A DNA stretch of 64,000 bases from a virus. Shown here piece by piece: positions 1-9,626 of this stretch; positions within the stretch are counted from its first letter, which is position 1; each line of letters starts with the position of its first letter. Position numbers and translations under genes: made by a program. Below the pieces are notes generated by a model, which did not search any database, was not told where the DNA came from, and saw only the letters and a list, made by a program, of their open reading frames with translations. The DNA lies in the IMG/VR virus record IMGVR_UViG_3300042880_000288, positions 1 through 64,000 of that record; one strand, 5' to 3'.

Positions 1-2
1 AT

Positions 3-473
3 ACGGGAACAAATTTAGATGGTACATATGTTAAACCTTCTATAATTGGAACAAGACAAATTAATTTAGATCCAACTTCATATGGTACCGCTTTATCTGG
101 AGTTTTTAATATTGGAGTTTTCAGTGATAAAAGATTATATATTGGAGTATTAAAAGATCTTGAATATACAAGTACTGTTCAAAATCCTGCTCAGTTAGGT
201 TCTTCTCATTTAAGATATATTACCAGCAATGTAAGAGCAGGTGAAAAGGTTCCAAATTTTTTAAGCAACAATACTACTATTCATAATGATCCGTCAACTG
301 GAGTACAAGCATTAAATGTTGACTTTAATACTTTTGAATATCCTTTTGATTGTAATGCAGGTTTAGAAACTGAAATAGGTGGTTTTGCAGTTAGACTTGA
401 TGGTTTAATTGCTTATGTTGATCCTTGTACTACAGATATAAAATCATACATCTGTAAAGGAGGACCAGCTTAA
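3..473 (+). CDS. 5'-truncated virion/tail-associated protein (C-terminal 156 aa), absent from the ORF track
   Basis: Manual translation: the frame is open from position 3 (TGTNLDGTYVKPSIIG...) to ...YVDPCTTDIKSYICKGGPA, with TAA at 471-473. Beta-rich composition, directly upstream of a tail-fibre-like gene. Function inferred from context. Confidence 0.75.
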   Translation, partial: TGTNLDGTYVKPSIIGTRQINLDPTSYGTALSGVFNIGVFSDKRLYIGVLKDLEYTSTVQNPAQLGSSHLRYITSNVRAGEKVPNFLSNNTTIHNDPSTGVQALNVDFNTFEYPFDCNAGLETEIGGFAVRLDGLIAYVDPCTTDIKSYICKGGPA

Positions 474-505
474 ATTGTATATATGTTTAATTTAAAATAA
501 AAAAA

Positions 506-1729
506 ATGGCAACTCACAAATGTAATCAAAACTGCGGATGCACAGATACATATACTGTAACAGCACCTTGTCCTCCTGCATGTCCTGAAGTATTTAACTC
601 ACAATGTATTGTATATACAGGTACTGATATTCTCTGTAATCAAGATACAGTAATCAAAAGATATGACTATTTAGATACAGTAATTACTAAACTAGTAAAT
701 TATATATGTAATGTACAAGCTCCTATAACTCAGGTTGTAGGATCTACTTATATTGATGTTGTACCAAATACAATTGCAAATACAACTACTTATACAGTAT
801 CTGTTGATGTACCAGCATTACAAGCATATTTTGATACTGTATTTCAAAATGATATACTTTCATCAATTCTTGCAGGACCTGGTATTTTGATATCTCAAAA
901 TCCAATTGTAGGAACAGTTACTATTTCACATCAAGATACATCAACTGTTGTTGATGTAAATAGTGATAATTCTGCTAATACTTTTATTCAAGATGTATTC
1001 TTTACATTTGATACATATGGTCATGTTACAGGTGCTTCAGTAGTTCCTGGAACAGTAATACCTCAAAATACATTTGATAGAGCAACAGTTAATCCTGACT
1101 CAGGTTTTGTATGGGGACCAAACAATGATCCTACTAATATTCAAATTGCTGAAGCAGCAAATGATGCATTAAACTTTGTAGCAGGAACAGGTATTATTCT
1201 TAATGCAAGTACAGTACCTAGTACAGATGCAATTAGAATTACTAATTCTGCACCTGATCAAACAGTAGTATTAACAGAAGGAGCTGGTATTGATGTTACG
1301 GGAACATATCCAAACTTTACAGTTACAAATACAGCACCTAATGTTGATCAAAATGTTTGGGCAACAATAGCTGCTACATCAGGTAGTACTACAGCAAATT
1401 CAACTACAGATACATTAACAGTAGTTGGAGCTAATGGTGTTACAACATCAATTGTAGGAGATACATTAACTATTACTGGTTCTGGCAGTGGAGTTCAAAA
1501 AACTTTTACTTCACTAGGACCATTAGGAGTATTACCAGTTCCCTATAATCATGGTAGAAATACAGTAGGTATTATTGTAGCACTGCATTTAAATACTTTA
1601 CCAAACGGTGTTTTATTAATTCAAGGTGTAGACTATACTTATTCAATAACTAGTACTAATGTAATTGAGATAACAGCATTAACTCCTTTAGCACAAACAA
1701 ATGGTTTGATAATTACTGTTATTGGATAA
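506..1729 (+). CDS. Tail fibre/spike-like structural protein with Cys-rich N-terminal domain
   Basis: Eight Cys in the first 68 aa (QCIVYTG..I.C motif) and none afterwards. The rest is T/V/G/N-rich beta repeats (LNFVAGTGIIL, LTEGAGIDVTG, LTVVGANGVTTSIVGDTLTITG) typical of phage fibres. Confidence 0.65.
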   Translation: MATHKCNQNCGCTDTYTVTAPCPPACPEVFNSQCIVYTGTDILCNQDTVIKRYDYLDTVITKLVNYICNVQAPITQVVGSTYIDVVPNTIANTTTYTVSVDVPALQAYFDTVFQNDILSSILAGPGILISQNPIVGTVTISHQDTSTVVDVNSDNSANTFIQDVFFTFDTYGHVTGASVVPGTVIPQNTFDRATVNPDSGFVWGPNNDPTNIQIAEAANDALNFVAGTGIILNASTVPSTDAIRITNSAPDQTVVLTEGAGIDVTGTYPNFTVTNTAPNVDQNVWATIAATSGSTTANSTTDTLTVVGANGVTTSIVGDTLTITGSGSGVQKTFTSLGPLGVLPVPYNHGRNTVGIIVALHLNTLPNGVLLIQGVDYTYSITSTNVIEITALTPLAQTNGLIITVIG

Positions 1730-1772
1730 AAAGAAGTTACAGGTTGTTGGTTTCTGTGACAACAAGGCATTG

Positions 1773-1800
1773 CCCTCACACTTGTGGGGGTTTTGTTTTT
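1773..1800 (+). terminator. Rho-independent terminator after the fibre gene
   Basis: Stem CCCUCAC/GUGGGGG (7 bp, one G-U), loop ACUU, followed by UUUUGUUUUU. Confidence 0.8.
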
Positions 1801-1804
1801 TACT

Positions 1805-1812
1805 TACATTTG
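1805..1812 (+). promoter_or_regulatory. Candidate Bacteroidota housekeeping promoter -7 element (TAnnTTTG)
   Basis: TACATTTG matches the TAnnTTTG consensus, with CTTG 20 nt upstream (1781-1784) as a possible -33 element. It lies 30 nt before the ATG at 1842 and right after a terminator. Confidence 0.45.
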
Positions 1813-1841
1813 TTAATGTCAAATATTTTTAGTATATTAAT

Positions 1842-2423
1842 ATGAAGGAATTTAGGAAACCGGATGTAACTGCTGCAAGGTATAGACCTGAAGCTTATAA
1901 TGTATTGAACAAAAAGTTCTTTGAAAGATTTAAGAAAAAGTATCCGAAATATAAAGAGATGGATAACTTATCTTTAAGAAACATTGTTAAAAGATTTAAT
2001 GAAACAATGTTTAATTTGGTAATAGAAAAAAGAGATGGAGCTCAGTTACCAGAACAAATAGGTTGGTTATTTATTGGTGCTTGTGAAAGTAGTAAGAAAG
2101 AAAATATAGATTATGCCAAATCTAATAAGTATGGAGTACAAGTCACAAATAATAATTGGAATACTGATGGTAAGTTAGCTAAGATATTTTTTACAAATTA
2201 TGCAATTAAACATAAAATTAAAAATAGAGAATATTGGAGTTTTGTAGCTTGCCGTAATTTTAAAAGAGCTGTTGCAAAAGCATTTTCAGAAAACTGGAAT
2301 AATTATATTGTAATAGATTCAACAAAGAAACTTAAATTAAATAATCAAAAGGAATACCTAAAAACCAAATCTGAAAAACTTCAGAGAGAAAATTTAAAAT
2401 CATATAATGAATTTGACATATGA
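1842..2423 (+). CDS. Basic protein, probable IHF/HU-like member of the crAss-like tail gene block
   Basis: Lys-rich, with helices followed by a beta segment GAQLPEQIGWLFIG reminiscent of the HU/IHF fold. Its position just before the ring and muzzle genes matches the conserved crAss-like block. Similarity judged by eye only. Confidence 0.45.
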   Translation: MKEFRKPDVTAARYRPEAYNVLNKKFFERFKKKYPKYKEMDNLSLRNIVKRFNETMFNLVIEKRDGAQLPEQIGWLFIGACESSKKENIDYAKSNKYGVQVTNNNWNTDGKLAKIFFTNYAIKHKIKNREYWSFVACRNFKRAVAKAFSENWNNYIVIDSTKKLKLNNQKEYLKTKSEKLQRENLKSYNEFDI

Positions 2424-3082
2424 CAACTGTAGGGGAATCTATATCAAGAGTTAGAAATATACTAAAAGCTGTTAAGGAAGATCCTTTTTTAACTGACCGA
2501 CAGATATATTATGCAATACAGAAGTATGCAAAGACTCTAATTAAAAGAGAGGACAATCAATTTAGATTAATGAAAATTAGTTCTATTTTCAAAGTTCTTC
2601 CTTATGTTGAACTTATTGATGTAGATAAAGTAGAGGCTGGTTGTATTGGTATATATTCAGAATGTTATTTTAAAAGATCTAAAGATAAATTACCAAGTAT
2701 ACTTGATGGTATGTTTGGGCCATTAATCCGTACTGTATCATCTATTGATGGTGGTATAGAAATGTTTAGAACTGATCCAGGTACTTGGGTTTCTATTACT
2801 AAGTCTACAACATTTAAATATAATAAAAGACCCTACTTCTGGTATCTTAATGGATACTTGTATGTACCTAATGTAGACTGGGATGCTATAAGAGTAGAAG
2901 CAATATTTGAAAATGATGTTCCTACTTGTGATTCAGATGATTGTTTGGTTAAACAAGATCAGCCTCTCAATATACCTGAATATTTATTTTCTGAAGTTGA
3001 ACAATTTGTTATAAAAGAATTTACAACAACAATGCAAATTAATGTTGATAATTCTGATGACAGTCAAAATATATTAAGATAA
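2420..3082 (+). CDS. Tail ring/adaptor protein (crAss-like)
   Basis: ATGA overlap with the previous gene. N-terminal helical motif TVGESISRVR...LTDRQIY and C-terminal LNIPEYL..EVEQFVIKE fit the pattern of podovirus ring proteins. Synteny with the muzzle gene. Confidence 0.55.
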   Translation: MTTVGESISRVRNILKAVKEDPFLTDRQIYYAIQKYAKTLIKREDNQFRLMKISSIFKVLPYVELIDVDKVEAGCIGIYSECYFKRSKDKLPSILDGMFGPLIRTVSSIDGGIEMFRTDPGTWVSITKSTTFKYNKRPYFWYLNGYLYVPNVDWDAIRVEAIFENDVPTCDSDDCLVKQDQPLNIPEYLFSEVEQFVIKEFTTTMQINVDNSDDSQNILR

Positions 3083-4083
3083 TGGATTTCAATTATACAC
3101 TCAAGTATAGAACATTTGACCAACTATTGGAAGATGTATCTATTGACTTTAATACATTTGCTTTAGAAAATATGATTGAGCCTCAGACTCTAATCAAATT
3201 AGTAAGAAAGTTAAATTATAAATTAGGGTTAAGAATAAATCAAACTAAGGAAGTTATATTAGATGTAAGCCATCATAAAGTAAAACTTCCTGATGACTTT
3301 TATACATTCAATTTTGCTTTTGTTTGTGGAGATTTTATAACACATACTGGTTATGATGGATATGCTTCAGGAACTAATATGCAAGAGATACCATATACAG
3401 ATTGGCAAAAACAAAAAACAGAATGTGGTTGTCCAGTAGATAATACTTGTTGTTTAAATGGTGAGGAAGGTATATGTATTACACATAATCCAGATTCACC
3501 ATATGGTGATACTTCAATTACTCCAAGAAGAGTTTTTTTAAATTGTAAGAAAGAAGCATATGAACTTGTTCAAGTAGTTAATCATTCATCTACAAGAGTT
3601 TATAGAAACTTAATTCCTTTAAGAATGAAGAGCAGTCAAGAAATTGAATGTGACTGTCCAAATTTATATTTTAATACACCTAATGAAGGTTGGATTAAAC
3701 ATGGTTTTTTAAATACTACATTTGAAAATGGTAAAGTCTATTTAAATTATCAAGGAGACTTAGTTGATGATGACGGAAATTTATTGGTTCCTGATCATGA
3801 ACTTTTAAATGATTATTATGAGTATGCACTAAAATTTAGAATACTTGAAAATCTTGCAATGAATGGAGAAGATGTATCTCAAAGATTGCAATTAATAGGA
3901 CCCTTATTAAGAGAGGCTAAAAATGATGCAATGAGTTTGGTTAACACACCTAACTTTAAAGAGATGCATGATTTGTGGTGGACAAACAGAAGAGCTATGT
4001 ATAGTAAATACTATGACATGTTTAAAAGTTATTCTCCTAATAGTGCTTACTATAGATTTATTAATAGAAGTAGAGTTATTTAG
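3082..4083 (+). CDS. Tail tubular/ring protein (P22 gp4-like position in crAss-like block)
   Basis: TAATG overlap. N-terminal TFDQLLEDVSIDF and C-terminal VYLNYQG...DG.LLVPDH....YYEYALK resemble crAss-like ring proteins. It sits immediately upstream of the muzzle gene and has a Cys-rich central insert. Confidence 0.6.
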   Translation: MDFNYTLKYRTFDQLLEDVSIDFNTFALENMIEPQTLIKLVRKLNYKLGLRINQTKEVILDVSHHKVKLPDDFYTFNFAFVCGDFITHTGYDGYASGTNMQEIPYTDWQKQKTECGCPVDNTCCLNGEEGICITHNPDSPYGDTSITPRRVFLNCKKEAYELVQVVNHSSTRVYRNLIPLRMKSSQEIECDCPNLYFNTPNEGWIKHGFLNTTFENGKVYLNYQGDLVDDDGNLLVPDHELLNDYYEYALKFRILENLAMNGEDVSQRLQLIGPLLREAKNDAMSLVNTPNFKEMHDLWWTNRRAMYSKYYDMFKSYSPNSAYYRFINRSRVI

Positions 4084-4085
4084 AT

Positions 4086-7000
4086 ATGGCTAAGAAAGCA
4101 GGATTAGGAGATACAACAGAACAGAAGTCAGCTGTATTTAATAAAGGATTAAATAAAGACTCTGACCCTACATATATCCAAGAGGGTATGTGGACATATG
4201 CTCGCAATGTTGTAAACAACACTGTGGAAGGAGACATGGGTAGTATTTCAAATGAAGCATCAAATGCATTATGTGCTATTGCTGGAGCTACAATGCCAGC
4301 AATAGCTCAATACAAATACATCATTGGAGCAATACATTTATTTTCTGATAAGTGGGTAATTTATACTGCAGGTCATGGGCCTTTAACAGGTTCTACTGGG
4401 ACATCAGTTCCTGTTATGTCTGAGATAGGTTTATTAGAAACTGATAGTTGTAATTATAGACCTATTGTTCAAGATTCTTGTTTGGGTTTTGATAAACATT
4501 ATCTTATATCTGGAGCATCAAGAGAAAAAGAAGATTGTTCTTGGCAAGTATATTGGGCTGATGGATTAAATCCTGATAGAACTTTAAATATTGGAGATCC
4601 TAAAACTTGGCCAGCTTCAAATGCAAATTGGTATTTAAACTTGACACCAGCTCCTAATTACAATACTTGGGTAAATTATTATACAGACGGGGTTACTAAT
4701 TTTTTCTGGCCAGGTGTGACTTGGATACAAAATTGTAAACCTAGAGTTCCTATTGGAAAAAATCCATTAGACTGTGAATTTTGTATAGATCTTAATCGTT
4801 TAGATTGTGATAAAATTAGACTTGCTAGATTAATGGAAACACCTTGTATTAAGTTAACACAAGGTAACTATGGTGGTACATTAAGAAATGGAAGTTACTT
4901 TGCAGTTATAGCATATACAATTAAAGGACAAAGAGTAACAGATTATTTTTCTCCTTCTAATATTCAACCTTTGTATAATGTGGTTGATGAGACTTGTTCA
5001 TTAATTATTGAAGTTGCTGCAGATAATGAAAACTTTGATGAATTTGAATTAGTACTTGTACAAACAATTAATGAAGGAGCAGTTGCTAAAAAAATTGGTT
5101 TGTACTCTACGGATACTACTACAATTGCACTTGATCAAATTAAAGTTGATTTAGTTACAGTACCTTTAAATAGAATTCCTATTGTTACTCCTGTTTATGA
5201 AAAGTCAGATCAAATGACAGAAGTAAACAACTATCTTTTAAGAGTAGGTCCCACTACAAGATTTGATTTTAATTATCAACCTTTAGCAAATCTTATTAGA
5301 ACTAAATGGGCATCAGTAGAATATCCTTCTGACTATTATATTAAGGGTGGATATAAACCAAGTTATTTAAGAGATGAGGTATATTCATTCTTTATAAGAT
5401 GGGTATACAATACAGGTGACAAATCTTCATCTTATCATATTCCAGGAAGAGCACCAAGAAATTATACTCCAACAGGTATAAATGATGTACAAGGTATAAA
5501 TGTTATAGCTAATAATATTATTAAAAATAATGCATTAGCAACTGATGATTCTTATTTTGAAATTCAAAATACAGCAACTCTTGATTCAACTATTGGAACA
5601 ATACCTGCTGTAGATAGTTCCGGTTTTTTAGAAGATGGTGGTAGAGTACTATCTGTAGGAGATATGGCTTATTGGCAATCTACAGAATTCTATCCTAATG
5701 ATAGACCTGATATATGGAATTCAAGTTTTTATCCATGGTCTAATACAGGAGGAGTAAATGTTGATCTTTGTGGTTTACCTATAAGACACCATAAGTTTCC
5801 TGAAAATGCAACTGATACTACAGTTGTACATTTTTCACCAGGTCCTGACATAGGTCCTGATGCTCAAAAAACAGTTGTACCAAACATAAGATTGTTAGGA
5901 GTATTTTTTGAAAACATTGCATTACCATTAGATAATGATGGCAATCCTATACCAGGTGTTGTAGGTTATGAAATCTTAAGAGGATCCCGAGAAGGTAATA
6001 GAAGTATTATTGCAAAAGGAATGTTGAATAACTATAAGACTTATGATATTATAGGAGCAGTAGCCGGAAATAAAAAAGGTCTTTATTTAAATCATCCATT
6101 TAATACCATCTATACTCAGTATGGAAGTGCAAGTACTTCAGATCATAATTATGTAGAGAATGATCCTTTCTTTAAAATACCAAAACAAAACCCTCTTGAC
6201 TTTGATCAAGTAGTAAATCAATCACATCCTAGTAATGTAGTATCTTTTCATTCACCGGATACAATGTTTAGATTTATATATCTTAATGCTACTGAATTAA
6301 AACTAGATGGATACATAAGAGGTTTTTCTGAACAATATTTTCAAGAACCTGATAAGCATCCAAAGTTTAAATTATTAAGTAATGCCTCTGCACTTGTTGG
6401 AATACTTGTTGGTGTTGGAGAAGGTATACTTGGTCTTATTGGTAAGATTACATTGAATGCACCTGGTGCTAGTTACACTTCTCAATTTGGTCCTAAAATA
6501 AAACCAAGAACTGGTGGTGCAAGTGGTAGTGAAACTACAAATTTAGTTGTTGCTAGTGGTGTTACTTCTGGTACATCAGTTGCTAATGTAACTTATACCA
6601 ACGATGGAGGTGGTGATACTGATGATAATACTGGTGTAAATCAAACAACAGATACAGATAAAGTAGATGCTAAAAATGATGCAGGAGATCCATCTGGAAC
6701 TGGAGGATTTTTTGAAGATCTAAAAGATTATTTTAGTTTAGGTACTATGTTCTCACAAGGTGTGCAAGGAAACTCCGGTGTAGCAAATATTTTTGATGAT
6801 TTTAATTATACAGCGTTTAGTAGAAAAGGTGGTACATTTACAGCACCTTCAACATCTAGAGACTTAACAGGTTCTGATTATCTTCCAAGTTGGTTGAATT
6901 CAATTTATATAGGGTTAGGTGCATTCAATAAGTTTTTATATTACTTTACACAAGGTGCTAATCTTGCATTAGATATAATTTATGCCGCTATACCATATGT

Positions 7001-9626
7001 ACAATATGCTCAGCAAATGATTGGTCATGGTTTATATGATAGGTTTACTCCTAATCTAATGACTGGATACAAAAGATTTAATCTTGCTGATTCTTTTTAT
7101 ATTCAAGATAATATTGCAGATGTGCCAGCATATCAATCAGGTGGTAGTTTTATAAGATATTCAATTAATAATTTAAAAAGATCTGACCATGTTGTTTTAA
7201 GAACTACAAGTGGTCCTTTGACAACTCCCGTAGGACAAAATATTGGGCCTGACTTATTATATAATTTAGATCAATCATTAGTAACTTTAGGTCAATTAGG
7301 ACTTTTAGATTTTACATGTGGAGGCAATATTACTACTAATCAGATCTTTAGTAAAAAAATTGCTAGTCACTATGGGGCTTTAAAAGTAAGAATAAGAAAT
7401 CAGTACGGTCAATTAAACTCTGTAAAACAATTAGTTATAACAGCGTGTGAACAGAAATTAGGTAATAATTTAAATCCTATAGTTACCATTAACAATAAAG
7501 ATGCTGTAAGAAGAACTCAAATATTCTTTTATGGTGATACATATATAAACAGATTTACTGAAAAAAATAATATGTTTATGTTCTATGATTGGTTATACGG
7601 CCAACCAGATGGATATGAGTATGATTATTTTCAAAGACCTATGATAGGGTTTCCTAGATTTTGGGTAAATAATATTAAATATGACATAGGAAATTTAATA
7701 GACATAACAAACTTTACTAACCCAACACCAAATCAAGGAGCATTACCAAAAGCATTTTATAATCTTGATCATGGAGCAGGATGTTTAGTCAATGCATATA
7801 ATTATACTAATGATGATGAAAATAGTTATCCTGGATTTCTTAAAGTAGAAAAATCATTTTTCTATTTATCAACTTCAGCTGTAAGAGATTTCTTTGTTGA
7901 ATCAGATGTTATAGTAGACTTCAGACAAAATGCTAGTAATGCAGAATTTGATAAACATTATGATCCTTATAGATATACTGATTTGAATGCAATGTTTAAT
8001 ATGAATCCTCAGATTATTGCAAGACCAAATGTATATAGATATGATTACTCTTTAAGTATATTCAAACTAATTACAAGTTATTTTTCTGCAGGTAGTTTAC
8101 AAAGTAGATACTATGATCCTGAAGTAGCTGAGTTGTGTTATGTATATTATCCAGATAGAATTATATATTCACTACCACAACAAGATGAAGCAATTAAAGA
8201 TAGTTGGTTCATATATTTAGCAAATAACTATAAGGAGTTTAAATCTCAAATTAGTAATGTAAAATCATTTGCTAAAAGTGGAATCTTTATAACTTTCAAA
8301 AATGATAGTCCGTTGGCATTCCAAGGTGTGGATGTACTTACAACAGATCTTAATACAAAAATTACAATTGGGGATGGTGGACTATTTAGTCAGCCAGGCC
8401 AAAACATTGTAGTAGCAGATAAACCGTTTGAATATGGTTCTTCACAGAATAGATTATCAGTTCTATCATCTCCTGCAGGATTATATTATATATCACAAAA
8501 TCAAGGAAAAGTATTTTCATATGGAGATGGTCTAAAGGAGATATCACAAACCGGAATGAAATGGTGGTTTAATTTATTTTTACCATATAAACTTTTAGAA
8601 GACTTTCCAGAATTCCCATGGGTTGATAATCCAGTAGCAGGTATTGGTTGTCAGACATTATATGATAATGAAAATTCTGTATTATTCTTTTGTAAAAAAG
8701 ATTGGAAATTAAAAGTAGATAAAGCATTAGTTGAATATGATTCTGTAGCTGATAATTTTTATTTCATTACAAATCCAAACAATAGATATCTATTAGGTCA
8801 TCCAGCATTGTTTGAAAATGCTTCATGGACAATTAGTTATGATCCTAAGATGCAGTTCTTTATTTCATTTCATGATTGGCATCCTGATTTAAATATTACT
8901 ACTAAAACAAATTATCTTACAACTAAAAGAAATGAAGTATGGAAACATGATGCAACATGTCAATCATACTGTAATTTTTATGGTGTACAATATCCATTTG
9001 AAATTGAGATACCTGTAATTACCGGACAATCTGTAACAACTATAAAAAGTTTGGAATATATTCTTGAATGTTATAGAAGAGATATAGATTGTGTAGATCA
9101 ATTTCATGTTCTTGATTTTAATTTTGATCAAGCTATTATACATAACTCAGAACAAGCATCAGGATATTTACATTTAAATCCTTTTCCAAAAAATAATGTT
9201 ACATTGAGTTTAGAGTATCCTAAACAAACAACATCCATAGATGTGGATCCTTCACAAACTCCATTTCCAGGATATGAAATATTATTTTCAAAAGAAGAAA
9301 ATAAGTATAGAATAAATCAGTTTTGGGATGTTACTAGAAACCGTGGAGAATTTCCTAATGGAGCAGGTTATCCACCTACAGGACCATTAATACCAAATAC
9401 AACTGTACTACAAGGAACATATACACAAAATAGAATTTGGGAAACTCAAGCAAATGGGTATATAAGATTACTTAATCAAACTAATTTAGATTACGATAAA
9501 CCATTACTGCAAAGAAAAAAATTCAGACATTATTTAAATTTCATAAATTTAGTTAGAAGAGATTCACAAAATGTAAATATGATTCTTAAAATTGTAAATA
9601 GTAAAAATCAATTTTCTCCTAGATAA
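4086..9626 (+). CDS. Tail stabilisation/muzzle protein (P22 gp10-like, crAss-like)
   Basis: N-terminal FNKGLNKDSDP...EGMWTYARN...ISNEASN, internal YLRDEVYSFFIRWVYNTGDKSSSYHIPGR and C-terminal WTISYDP...FISFHDWHP are motifs recognised from crAss-like muzzle proteins. Size and synteny fit. Confidence 0.75.
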   Translation: MAKKAGLGDTTEQKSAVFNKGLNKDSDPTYIQEGMWTYARNVVNNTVEGDMGSISNEASNALCAIAGATMPAIAQYKYIIGAIHLFSDKWVIYTAGHGPLTGSTGTSVPVMSEIGLLETDSCNYRPIVQDSCLGFDKHYLISGASREKEDCSWQVYWADGLNPDRTLNIGDPKTWPASNANWYLNLTPAPNYNTWVNYYTDGVTNFFWPGVTWIQNCKPRVPIGKNPLDCEFCIDLNRLDCDKIRLARLMETPCIKLTQGNYGGTLRNGSYFAVIAYTIKGQRVTDYFSPSNIQPLYNVVDETCSLIIEVAADNENFDEFELVLVQTINEGAVAKKIGLYSTDTTTIALDQIKVDLVTVPLNRIPIVTPVYEKSDQMTEVNNYLLRVGPTTRFDFNYQPLANLIRTKWASVEYPSDYYIKGGYKPSYLRDEVYSFFIRWVYNTGDKSSSYHIPGRAPRNYTPTGINDVQGINVIANNIIKNNALATDDSYFEIQNTATLDSTIGTIPAVDSSGFLEDGGRVLSVGDMAYWQSTEFYPNDRPDIWNSSFYPWSNTGGVNVDLCGLPIRHHKFPENATDTTVVHFSPGPDIGPDAQKTVVPNIRLLGVFFENIALPLDNDGNPIPGVVGYEILRGSREGNRSIIAKGMLNNYKTYDIIGAVAGNKKGLYLNHPFNTIYTQYGSASTSDHNYVENDPFFKIPKQNPLDFDQVVNQSHPSNVVSFHSPDTMFRFIYLNATELKLDGYIRGFSEQYFQEPDKHPKFKLLSNASALVGILVGVGEGILGLIGKITLNAPGASYTSQFGPKIKPRTGGASGSETTNLVVASGVTSGTSVANVTYTNDGGGDTDDNTGVNQTTDTDKVDAKNDAGDPSGTGGFFEDLKDYFSLGTMFSQGVQGNSGVANIFDDFNYTAFSRKGGTFTAPSTSRDLTGSDYLPSWLNSIYIGLGAFNKFLYYFTQGANLALDIIYAAIPYVQYAQQMIGHGLYDRFTPNLMTGYKRFNLADSFYIQDNIADVPAYQSGGSFIRYSINNLKRSDHVVLRTTSGPLTTPVGQNIGPDLLYNLDQSLVTLGQLGLLDFTCGGNITTNQIFSKKIASHYGALKVRIRNQYGQLNSVKQLVITACEQKLGNNLNPIVTINNKDAVRRTQIFFYGDTYINRFTEKNNMFMFYDWLYGQPDGYEYDYFQRPMIGFPRFWVNNIKYDIGNLIDITNFTNPTPNQGALPKAFYNLDHGAGCLVNAYNYTNDDENSYPGFLKVEKSFFYLSTSAVRDFFVESDVIVDFRQNASNAEFDKHYDPYRYTDLNAMFNMNPQIIARPNVYRYDYSLSIFKLITSYFSAGSLQSRYYDPEVAELCYVYYPDRIIYSLPQQDEAIKDSWFIYLANNYKEFKSQISNVKSFAKSGIFITFKNDSPLAFQGVDVLTTDLNTKITIGDGGLFSQPGQNIVVADKPFEYGSSQNRLSVLSSPAGLYYISQNQGKVFSYGDGLKEISQTGMKWWFNLFLPYKLLEDFPEFPWVDNPVAGIGCQTLYDNENSVLFFCKKDWKLKVDKALVEYDSVADNFYFITNPNNRYLLGHPALFENASWTISYDPKMQFFISFHDWHPDLNITTKTNYLTTKRNEVWKHDATCQSYCNFYGVQYPFEIEIPVITGQSVTTIKSLEYILECYRRDIDCVDQFHVLDFNFDQAIIHNSEQASGYLHLNPFPKNNVTLSLEYPKQTTSIDVDPSQTPFPGYEILFSKEENKYRINQFWDVTRNRGEFPNGAGYPPTGPLIPNTTVLQGTYTQNRIWETQANGYIRLLNQTNLDYDKPLLQRKKFRHYLNFINLVRRDSQNVNMILKIVNSKNQFSPR

